Shown piece after piece: positions 1 to 10,166 of a stretch of DNA of 64,000 nt (the first letter of the stretch is position 1; every line of letters begins with the position of its first letter). Below the pieces are notes generated by a model. It worked only from the letters and a program-made list of their open reading frames with translations. It made no database searches and was not told where the DNA came from. Made by a program: the position numbers and the translations under genes. This DNA comes from Balanoglossus misakiensis (Eukaryota > Animalia > Hemichordata). Location of the stretch: assembly GCA_040954595.2 (NCBI GenBank), contig CM082587.2, positions 4,420,093-4,484,092 on the forward strand, given 5' to 3'.

Positions 1-253
1 CAGAACTACAACCAACTTGAAAATGGACACTTACAATGAGCATTGAAATGCAACTTTAATGTGTTTGCTCACTCGTTTTGTTGCGTGCGTTTTTTTATTA
101 TTGTCACCAACTAAAAAAAACAACAACAACAAATGTACATCTCTTGTCGTTTGCATAGTTTTCCATACCGATACGATATTTTATCATTTATCCTAATACA
201 CATTGGGATAAAGTATTTACATAGTCCTCTAGTGGAATACGCTTCGAATTTTT

Positions 254-259
254 TTTATT
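254..259 (-). promoter_or_regulatory. Candidate polyadenylation signal (AATAAA) of the FDPS-like gene; a second copy lies at 94-99
   Basis: TTTATT on the + strand about 60 nt past the stop codon at 317. Confidence 0.45.
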
Positions 260-316
260 GAAATTGAAATTATTTAGATCGAAACTTCCCAGATGCCGCT
301 GTATACGGTCACTTTA

Positions 317-3300
317 CTAATTTCGAGACACGGCCTCGTCGTAAGACATGAGACTGCTAGCACCGTTACCGAACAAAATGTGGGCGAAATCAGTGAACAT
401 CTCCTTTGGGAGGCTGCCGTGATTTTCATCAATCAGTTTCGACAGCCGAGCGGCCGACTCCTCGGTCGTCTTGCGGTACAGCTCGGGCAGTTTCAAGTCT
501 TCGTAGACTTTCTTGACTCTGGCTGCGTTCTCTTCGTTTTCGATGCCGTAGTTATCCTGTGGGGAGAACGGAAATGATGAGTCCATGGTGTTCACTAATA
601 CAGAAACGGGGTACCGGATTTCAGTCAGTCTCTCTGAGAGACTCGTTTTTGTATCCCCCCCCCCCCCGCTTTATCTTGTAAAGCCGACCCCGGTCTAGTC
701 AGGGGCAAGCATGTACCCGATATTGAGGTGCAAAGATTCTGTTAGACACGGCGAGCAAGCTCTCGGTACAAACAATCACAGGTAACTGCTGTCTTGGAAT
801 GTTTCAGTGTCATGATAGGCATTTTCTAGGCAAGACCTTCCCTACAAAATCGGCCATCTTACCTCAAGGATTTGACGCTGTTCCCAGTTTGCCCTCTTCA
901 TGGCTTCTACCATCAGCCAGGAACACTTATTCTGTTCGATATCGGTGCCTTTCTTTCCGCTTGTTGTGAAGCAATCATCGAAGTCATTCTGCAATGTGCA
1001 AGAAAAAGCAAATCATGCTAAAATGCTAAGTATTCAGAGTGTGTTTGGTCGTACATGTATGGCCTTAAAATATGTAAACTGACAACCAATTTGCACGTCA
1101 GTTTTATCAAAATGTTATCATAGTACTATCCATGTATAAATGAAAATGCATTCTATATAAGTTTTGAGATAAAGCACCTGGGGCAAACAAATCGTCACTT
1201 CACGTCGGAAAAGACAACATACCTTCATCTGACACAGCACTCCCATATGTCCTAAAATAGTCTTGGCATTTGCGTGAGATTCAGCGTCTACTACACCTGC
1301 CTGTGATACGGGAGATAGGTAGGATATATCAGTATATTGCGTTAAAACTTTTGCCTATAGACAAACCATTGGTGAAAACTGCCGAGTCAGCAGTTTTATT
1401 CTATTATCGACCCAATTCATTTCTTTGTATTTAAAAAAAAAGCGCCGTGACCCTGATATTTTATCACGGATTTTTATTATACATCTGAAATAACATCCCC
1501 GCCTTTCAAGCGTAAAAAGAATGGAACGTGTCAGGAAATGTGACGTCACAGAATGCATCATTGACGTGGCCGTGTATAAAAAGAATAGACCCTTTGTCTA
1601 TGAACGGAACTGCATATTAGTGGATTATCGCGTGACGTAAGCTATAAATTTGAAGAAAAAAACGCTCTGACACTTACCAAATACATGGCGATGGCGAATG
1701 AGCTGTAACAAGTGAGATAGGTGGTCTTGTGTTCAACCAAGTTGTGATACCTGTAGAGCCAAAATAGCGCAAATGAGTTTCCTAGGCCTTGCACATTTCT
1801 ACCTTGTGTTATACTTTGTCAGTGAAACCGAATTTTATTTTGCTGTCATTACTGGAAACCGTATGCAAAAACAACACCATCAATCATAATTCTGCAAAGT
1901 GGTTGAATTTCCCAGTGAAGTTTTCATTAAATCGCGAATGAAAATTTTGCGAACTGCTTAATTTTGTTTTATCCAACGTCACTTCCTGTGAATGATTATA
2001 TGCACGTTCGTATAAGTCACGTGTCTTGTGCTTTTCTTACGTTTCTTCAGTCATGTGTGCGGGTTTCTTTGTGGTCATTATCATGTCCATTCCTTGTCCA
2101 ACGATAGTTTTGTAAATCGTCTGAAATAAGAAGATTTACGAAGAGACTTTTCGGTACATGTACATATATATTCCAGATTATGTTGCACACCAATTTTGTT
2201 CAGTCAATAATAAAGTCAACCCTTTTATGATAGTTCGTGAGATATCTTCATGCACCTGGCAAACGATATCAGGCCACGGTGATGCTGACGTCATAACCGC
2301 CCGTAAATTTTTGGCAAATAAATTACAACAGCCTTACCTCGTGGAAAGCTTCAATGATGTCAAGGTAATATGGCTGATCACGGACATTTTGCCTCAGAAT
2401 TTCGAATACGCAGGCTTCCAGATACGCTATGTCGTTGACTGCATTGTGGCCAACATCGCTCTGTCAAATAATATTTAGAAATGTCAGATTGTGATCTAAC
2501 AGAGGGTGATGCTCAACTCAAACTTGACCATGCCAAGTGTGTATAGTCCGCAGATTTCACAAGGCACTCAAGCAACAGGCATACAATACTGACTGAAGCC
2601 CGGTCAGACAAATATCAAGCAAATCAACATGTCGGAAAATATGCAAAAATGGTCGATAGCGCATAGACAATATTAATTTGCCACTGTCGACATTAAACCA
2701 TTTGAGAAAATAATTGTAATCCACATGGAGGCAATATCCTTTTAGAAACGTGTTTTCCTAGTCGAATATTATGTCTAACTTTGTCGACAAAATAACGTCA
2801 AATTGTCAAAAAAGTCGTCTCGGTTCTTACCCGTTTGTACCAGCATGGTTTCCCTCGTCTTGTCAGCGACTGGTCCATGATGTCGTCTGCCACTTGAAAG
2901 AAACCGTGCATCTGTGTGTAAAGGATAAAACTCGTGTGATTTCAGGAACGTGGCAGACCATCAAAAATCAACTGCAGCCCATCGGCATTTACTTTGAAAT
3001 ACATGTACTCACCACTTCAACTGCCCACGCGACAATGCGAACCAGTCTCAGGTTCTCCTCTGTTAACTGCGCCGGGCTTGCCATATGTTTATATGCGTTG
3101 ACCACCGAGAGACCGCACACTCGTTTCCCATGAGGTACATTGTAGTCCAGAATCTGACAAACGAATTAACACACACAAATCTAGTTATCACACGATATCC
3201 TCTTTGAAAGTCTGAAAATCAATCGGCATGTTACTGACTCTCCAAATAATTTGACGTAACTATCCAAAAAATATAAAACTACGGTGACAATTAACAATTT

Positions 3301-3612
3301 GTGTAGACTACCAGTTCTGTGATTTTTGGCCTTACCTCTTTGCATCGTTCTGCTACGTCGCCATCCCTCAGTTTTCCGACAATGTCAGCTGCCAGTTTGT
3401 TGATTATAGGGGTGTAAGATCTGTAAAAATGCCTGGCTTCGTCGCTGATGTTATCTAACCTCTGCTCTGCATGGTCGACAACCGATGAATATCTTTAAAG
3501 GAAAATATTGTACTTAATATGTAACACCACTGTCAAGGCAGAATGAAAGCAGGATACTGCGTTCTCTCTCTGTCTCTCTCTGTCTCTTTCTCTCTCTGTC
3601 TCTCTCTCTCTC

Positions 3613-3694
<82 letters not shown>

Positions 3695-3968
3695 CTCTCT
3701 CTCTCTCAAAACACGGTAACCTCCGTATTTGCCAAGACAGGTTTCATATACACGCCGATTGCACACTGCCTGTAACATGTAACGAATCTTCAACCAACCT
3801 TCTATTGGGAATTTCGGTCGCCTTCGAAAACATTCTGATTCGCTGGAATACTTGGGGCCCAGCGACTCCCTGAGGCAGGCTTAAATCGCGACTTCCCGAA
3901 ACAAGACGCGACCTGAAAGTTGTTGTAGCCAATCTGAGGACCGACGAAGACCGCGATGCAAAACTCAT
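317..3968 (-). CDS. FDPS: Farnesyl diphosphate synthase-like (trans-isoprenyl diphosphate synthase fold) protein, 10 exons, ~422 aa, with a putative N-terminal mitochondrial transit peptide and a divergent active site
   Basis: Hand-spliced exons (minus strand): 3968-3799, 3492-3336, 3153-3013, 2911-2831, 2460-2338, 2120-2041, 1750-1678, 1300-1223, 988-863, 556-317. All introns are GT-AG and phases are consistent (1269 nt including stop). Translation includes [36 protein letters not shown] (first Asp-rich motif), [43 protein letters not shown] and ILEDNYG, all blocks typical of the FPPS family. Confidence 0.93.
3563..3707. repeat. (CT/GA)n microsatellite in intron 1 of the FDPS-like gene
   Basis: ~145 bp run of CT dinucleotides with CTGT interruptions; it explains the spurious ERERER ORF at 3533-3793. 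Confidence 0.97.
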
Positions 3969-5369
3969 ACTAAAAATAACAAACTTTTCCCCACTTTTTT
4001 CACTTAAGTAAACCCAAGTATTCCAAGTCCTGTTAGCTCAAGCCGATCTCCTCTCCAAATGAACGAGGCGAGACATCTCACCTGCTTTAAAGTTGAGTGA
4101 AAAAACATGTTCAAAATCGCTCTTGTTATGTAAGCCTGTCGGAATATTAATATTCTTTTTAGACGAATCAAAACTCTTAAAGGGCCGAAGAGCTTTGGGT
4201 TTACAATTAATATCTGTTGATTTTAATTTTCAGTAAATAATTCAAGATTTCATTTTACACCTGAAGTTTCTCCCGGCCATGTCCTACTTTTTGGGCTGGA
4301 AAGCACCGCTTGGACTTAACCTTGTTAATATTTTGTGTTGGTAATACAAGACTGACGGACGAAAAAAACAAAGCATCGCTATTGTCGGGTCTTCCGGTAT
4401 TTATTCCATTCAATTTAATTGTTACGCGAGTTTACGTCATAGATTTCATGAACACTCGCCAAATATATATTACTAAAACCGAGTGACTGAACAATTGTGC
4501 GAACGACGATGTCGTTTGTTTGCGTGCGAGTGCATGGGGAGCGACATTGGATATCGTTCGTCACTTCACAAAATAAATAGTACAAAATGTATGTACTGTT
4601 GTTTTAATTTACAATATAACGGAAATAATGATGTGCCACTGGTTCCGACGTTGGTACTACTATACATTGTCATGGAACAAGTTAACTGAATTGCCAGCGA
4701 ATAATCGGTAGAAGTGTCGACGTATCAGTGGTGTTTATCGACAAGGAAGCAGTTGTCATTTTTGTTTCAACAATACGTCAAAAGAAACACAAAGAAAACA
4801 ACGGATTTGTTCACAATTTTCCCCCTTATATTCCAATCCTTTGTTAACTGCGTCGGTACAAATGTGCGTGTTCATACAAGATCATTTCATCCACTTCCTC
4901 TGCTGAATCACTTTTTTATCCGTTTGTGGTTTAACAATAGGATGGGATTTGCCATTATCAATAGTAACAATCGGTTAACAACTGAAAATTTGACATTTAC
5001 CTGAAACAATAGGAAGTTAGTGTGGAAATTCGGCGAAATATTAAAACACGAAGGCCTTTAGCTTAGTGTGAAGCACAGCGATAATGTTTACATCCTTCGC
5101 CCCTTTTTCATGATAAGCTAATATAGTTTATATAGTCTGAGTTATACATGTACTTGGTTTTTAGGCCTTGTATAAGTCGAGAGGGTTGTGGTTGATAGTT
5201 TGCGCATGCCCGAGAATAAATCGACAAGGGGGGCGTTTTAATGTGTGATGTACATTGAGTACATGCAAGTATGCAGTACACAATCAAATATTGCTTCGTC
5301 ATCTTGATCTGTCCAATTCTGTTAGGGTGCGTGGTCTACTACAGTCGCTGGTCAGACTGCAGATCGGAA

Positions 5370-7685
5370 ATGGACCAGGTTGTCAAGAGTCGGGCCGTAG
5401 CTGCGGTGGTGGGTGCTCTAGTGGCAGACGCTGCCTGTAAGTAGAATCATTACGTCATGGGTTCAATTCAGGCCAAAATAACCAGTAGCAGTACTAGTAG
5501 AATTGCAGTTTCAAGGCAAGACCTTCAATGTCGTGACTATGCAGTATTTGGGTGCATGTTGTTAAGTGCGTTTGATAATTCTCGCCAAATAACAGTGAGA
5601 ATTTTAAAAGATTGATATTGAAGCTGGTCTGCTGCAGGTCTCAACATATCTAGATGTTACATAAGTGTCAATTTGACCAGGGTAATGCCGCAAACCGTGG
5701 CTTGGCCTTGGGCAAGATAAAAAAACATAGCGTGTTTCCTGTTACACGCCATCAGCGTCCGAAAGTTAGAAATACTTTTGTTTTTATTTCTTTGCGCAAT
5801 GCTCGCACTCAAAGTACACACCCTAATGCTGATTGCAAAATATAATATTCCATCTGAGTGTGATCACTACCTAATCACTCGTGCTATTTCCTGTTTCAGG
5901 TCAGCCCATACACTGGATCTATAAACCTGCTGACTTGGAAAAGGCTCTGGAAGGCAGAGTAAATCCGGAATTTCGTGAAGTCTCTGCCTGTCCATTCTAC
6001 TCCATCGAAACTGGCAAGCTGAGTCCATATGGAGACCACGCAAGGATTGTATTGGAGTCTGTTTCTGACAGGAAGGGTATGTGCGAAGATTTCATTGTTC
6101 ATGTGCTTTTGCGAGAGCCACTGAGTGTCCCTTATGATTCAGCGTATTCATTTATAATCTGGCAACATCTTTTTTTGTTGATGGATTTTAGAGGTTGACA
6201 CAGTTGACTACTCAGAACGGTTGTACAAATTCTACGGACCCGGAACAGAGCCGGAAAAGGCAAGGGAGCAGACAGGATATCCGATACAAGGACCCTGGAC
6301 GAATGGAGTTGTCAAATCTTTCCTGAAAAACTATGAAGCAAAGAAGCCCGTCACAGGTAAGTTTCTTGAATATCAAAAATACACAAACATTGCAAAAACT
6401 CACAATTGTTTCTTTTTATGATAAAAAATACAAGAAAACTCAAATAAAGCTTTTTTGAACTTCAAAATATTAATTAAACACCCTGACTGTGCCCTCATCT
6501 CACTTGAAGTATGTGAAAAGGTATCAGAGTTTTCAAGTCCAAGGTTGAAATCTCTTTTCTTGGTCTGTCTCCCAAGGTCAGGACACTCCAAGTGACATGC
6601 ACACATCGACGACTGCAATTGCTGTGGTGGCGAAGTATGCTGGGCAACCTGACATGCTGGCCGAGGTCAGAAAAGTCATCAAGGTCACCGCGACCTACCC
6701 TGAAGACGTGGCCATAGGTCTCGCTTCTGCTCGGTGGGTGAGAATGGTTCATTCTGGACATAGATTTTGTATGGATGAATGCATACCGACTGTATGAGCC
6801 TAAAGATTAAGTTTAATTACTGGCAAGACATGAATTAAGAATGACATGATCATATGAGTTCATATTGGTTTCTCATTTTTTACATTTTAATAGCTTGCTG
6901 GAACATTTCATTCTGAACGGTCCAGACCCAGCTGCTGTGGAGAGTCTACTGCACACATTGAAAGGTAGCAACAGCTTGGCTGACTCCAAGGTTGTAGGGT
7001 ATCTGGAGAATGCGAAACAAGCTCTGAGTAAACCCCACAGCCAAGCCGGGAAAGAGTTTGGGATTGCATGCAGTGAGTATATCAGTCCTTCACCTTACTA
7101 CCTTATGCATGCTTTCAAAAGGAAATAAAGTTAAACCAGCAAATTTGGGGAATTTTCTCAGAAGATATTTGCAACCGTTTTCCTTCCCAATACATAACGG
7201 GCAAATAATCTTCCTGGAATCATTACATTTCAGACTACCCAGGGTCTTTTGAGACATCAGTTCATGCCCTGCTGACGTTCAGCGACTATGTATCGGCTGT
7301 TCGTGGCACTATGACCATTGGAGGGGACAACTGCAGCAGAGCTATGTTGATTGGTGCCTGTATGGCAGCCCAGGTGAGACAACTTTGACCAGGTGCTCAG
7401 TAAAAGCTGCAAAAATACATCTGTACTCCTGTCAGGTTGAGTTTGTTTGATGTGATTTGTTATATTAAAACCTGATAAAATCACATGCCTACTTGAAAAG
7501 TCAGCTTTTTTCCACCACTTATATGGCAGCAGTTTGCCACAGCCTTAAGTTCAAACATTTTCTTTCCCTATTTTTGTTTCTCTTGTATGCAGGGTGGTTT
7601 GGAGTCAATTCCAGAAGAATGGAAACAGAAGACCAAGGATTATTCCAAAATACAAGCGTTGGCCGAGAGCCTCGTCCCAATCTGA
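5370..7685 (+). CDS. SELENOJ: J1-crystallin / selenoprotein J family protein (ADP-ribosylglycohydrolase fold), Cys-containing homolog, 7 coding exons
   Basis: Exons 5370-5436, 5900-6076, 6192-6356, 6577-6733, 6894-7072, 7234-7373, 7593-7685; GT-AG, in phase. Translation: MDQVVKSRAVAAVVGALVADAACQPIHWIY...PEFREVSACPFY..ETGKLSPYGD...YPIQGPW...FGIACNYPGSFETSVHAL...GGDNCSRAMLIGACMAAQGGLESIPEEWKQK, which matches the motifs I recall for J1-crystallins/SelJ. Confidence 0.88.
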
Positions 7686-7940
7686 AGGGCCAATGTACAT
7701 ATTTTGCAGTAATGTTGCTACACGTTTCATGTACCTGACAAGTTTTGTTTGTACACTATTTTGTGTGCAATGACTCAAGTTTTGACTGAAACCAAAAAGT
7801 AGATAAATTTAAATCAAGAAATCTTTTAAATGCAATATAACAGTAAATTATAAAATCAAATATCTTTGCTGTTTTAAAAGAAGCTGGTTACACTAGCTTT
7901 TTAAAAAAGAGAACAAAACAAATTTAAATCAAGACAAGGT

Positions 7941-8033
7941 TTAACCCTTTCACCCCCAGTTCCCTCTATAGAGGTCCAACCTCGCCATAGAAAACAATGA
8001 GTTTGGACTGAACCATGGTGGTGAAAGGGTTAA
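7941..8033 (+). mobile_element. 93-bp TTAA-flanked MITE (piggyBac-like ends), copy 1, between the J1 and HENMT1 stop codons
   Basis: TTAA-CCCTTTCACC...GGTGAAAGGG-TTAA terminal inverted repeats; related copies at 8765, 28424 and 29013. Confidence 0.85.
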
Positions 8034-8055
8034 GTCTGGTCGGGTCGACAAATCA

Positions 8056-10166
8056 TTACTCCCAGAGGTCTTCCTTAATGCTAATATCCTCGTGAAGTCC
8101 TGACACGCTGGAATGCCCTGGTGCAATTTCACAATCTTCTAAGTCCTCCTCATCTTCAGAGTCTGGGTGGGTATCAGTGGCTTGTGTCTGCACCACAATG
8201 CTTGTCCAGTCCTCTGTCAAGTGCACCTGGTCAGATTTCTTCAATATGTCCCTGTGAAAGTGCGATCATTCAAAAGAAGTGCTGTTATAGGACAAATCAT
8301 TGTTTCCCATCCTGATTTTATGCAGAAATTATGTGGACAGGCAAATGAGTTTGGTATAGACAGGTTACTATATTAGACAGGATTCAGCTTAGTCAGGTTT
8401 TACTGTATATGAAAAGACATATACCTTAGCTCATCAAGTGTCCCACAGAGAGACCTCACTCTTGGAAACTGCATCAGCATCTGTAAAGAGACGGTTTCCA
8501 AGCAACCAGTGCTGTTCTCCCCCTCTTCTGCATCACTGCCATCCTCTTGTACCTTCCTCGAAAGAAAACTGGTGTAATATTGCACTTCCAGCAGGACCTC
8601 CTGATCGCGAGGGATCTTTTTCTTACAAGGGTGAACAGCATCCGCAATCTGTTGGCGATGCAAGAAAGATTACCTGTAATCTAGCAGGATCATTTACTAG
8701 AGTATGATATGTAAAAGAATGGAACTGAGCTGTACTGAAGTTTTCGCATGATGCGTGACAGTATTTAACCCTTTCACCACCATGGTTTGACCCAAATCCA
8801 TTGTTTTCAAAGGTAAAATTGGACCTCTATAGAGGGAACTGGGGGTGGAAGGGTTAAGCGATGCATCTTACACCCCACTGAGAAATTACCAATTTGTAAG
8901 GACTGGGAGAGCTTTCTCCATGTGCGTGATCCATGCCTGGTCCATTCCTTGTAAATACCGCCATCTGTGAACAGAAGCCCAGGTGTTCAGATCCAGCTGG
9001 TCCACTTCCAACGCCAGAGTATGAGACTGTGTAGTTGAATTTCAGAGCCACGGTGTTGCCCCTGGTTGGAGTCAAACACCAGGAATTAGTCTTCTCAATA
9101 AAGTTTCATGAACTCACAAGTTGCCATGGAATGTTTGTCTATGATTTAAAGTCACTGGGAAAATTCCGCACTGCTGCATCTTGCCCCCCCCCCCCCCCCA
9201 AATCTACCCTTACCATTTCTGAAATTCCTGCCGGGTCCATTCAAATCGGTGGTCCCAGTGCCGGAAGCCTTTGAAGTCAGGGAAGAGTTCGTTGAAATCT
9301 GCATTGGGCGTGGTGACGACGGCAACTTTTGGACAGATTCGATTGAACACAGTGACAGAAAAGGCATCGAGGACTGGTGGATCTAAATGCTCGATGCTGA
9401 GCAGAAAATAAAAGGTAGGGAAAACAAGTACTAAAACCTGTCTATTTAAAGGGACACCTTCAGGAACAGGAAAACTGTCCTCAATAGAAAGGTGTCCCTA
9501 ATACACAGGTTACAAGAAATGATGCACAGTTATACTTACAGTTCAACGCATATCACAAAATCATAAGCGGCTAATCTGCTGTCGAAATCTGCCACTGATC
9601 CAAGGAGCAATCGAACTGTCAGTGGATTATCTCTGGGATGCAAATAATCTGAGGTCAAAGGTTGGACAATGTGCTCATTGGCCAATAGGATGGCGTCGTC
9701 AATGTCAACCCCACAGAGGTCCTCAATGTAGGGCTCATTCTTCAAATATCTTATGAGTTTACACTCTGAGCAGCCCAAGTCAAGAACCTGAAATTTCAGA
9801 GGAAATTATTTGGCACTAAAACGTTAAGCTTCACACAAAACACTTGTCATAGTGATAAACTGATCTAGTACTCATTTCACAAAACATTGTACTGTTTCAT
9901 ATAAATATTCTCAAAAAGTACATTTGTAGATTCTAATGCCTACAGTTAAAACACATGAGCACCTTCTTTGGTTGATGTTCCCTGGCAATGTTGATCACTG
10001 CTTGGTATCTTTGTCTGTAGAGGGGCGGGTGAAATACTGGGCCACCAAAAGCGTCTTCGTTTTCAGTCTGCTTACTCCCCGACGTTGGTTCCCTTGACTT
10101 CCCCGGTGTGTAATATTCTTCGTCCAACTTTTCCGGTAACAACTGATCTTGTGGGAAATCGTCCAT
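8056..10166 (-). CDS. HENMT1: Small RNA 2'-O-methyltransferase (HEN1 homolog), 6 coding exons
   Basis: Exons 10166-9963, 9787-9540, 9396-9214, 9061-8890, 8648-8425, 8251-8056, in phase. Motifs: FHPPLYRQRY (HEN1 FxPP), VLDLGCSEC (SAM binding), GVDID, ELIEHL, TTPNADFN, FRHWDHRFEWTRQEFQKW, GVG..CSQMAVF, acidic tail ending EDLWE. Confidence 0.95.
8765..8857 (-). mobile_element. 93-bp TTAA-flanked MITE, copy 2, inverted relative to copy 1, in a HENMT1 intron
   Basis: Reverse complement of 7941-8033 with about 13 mismatches by eye; TTAA at both ends. Confidence 0.85.

Noticed and set aside
3533-3793. ORF with an ERERER repeat
   Set aside because: It is the translation of an intronic (GA)n microsatellite.
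7686-7860. Possible relic SECIS in the SelJ-like 3' UTR (ATGAC...AAA...GA)
   Set aside because: No convincing stem pairing by eye, and there is no in-frame TGA to decode.
9340-9370. Apparent frameshift in HENMT1 exon 3 (the ORF track shows a different frame)
   Set aside because: Recounting the A-run gives GCC TTT TCT GTC, in frame through FRHWDHRFEW; the gene is intact.
317-10166. Idea that the FDPS-like gene anchors a terpene biosynthetic gene cluster
   Set aside because: The visible neighbours (J1-crystallin-like, HENMT1, RGS3-like) are not tailoring enzymes; the other flank lies outside the window, so this is untested on that side.
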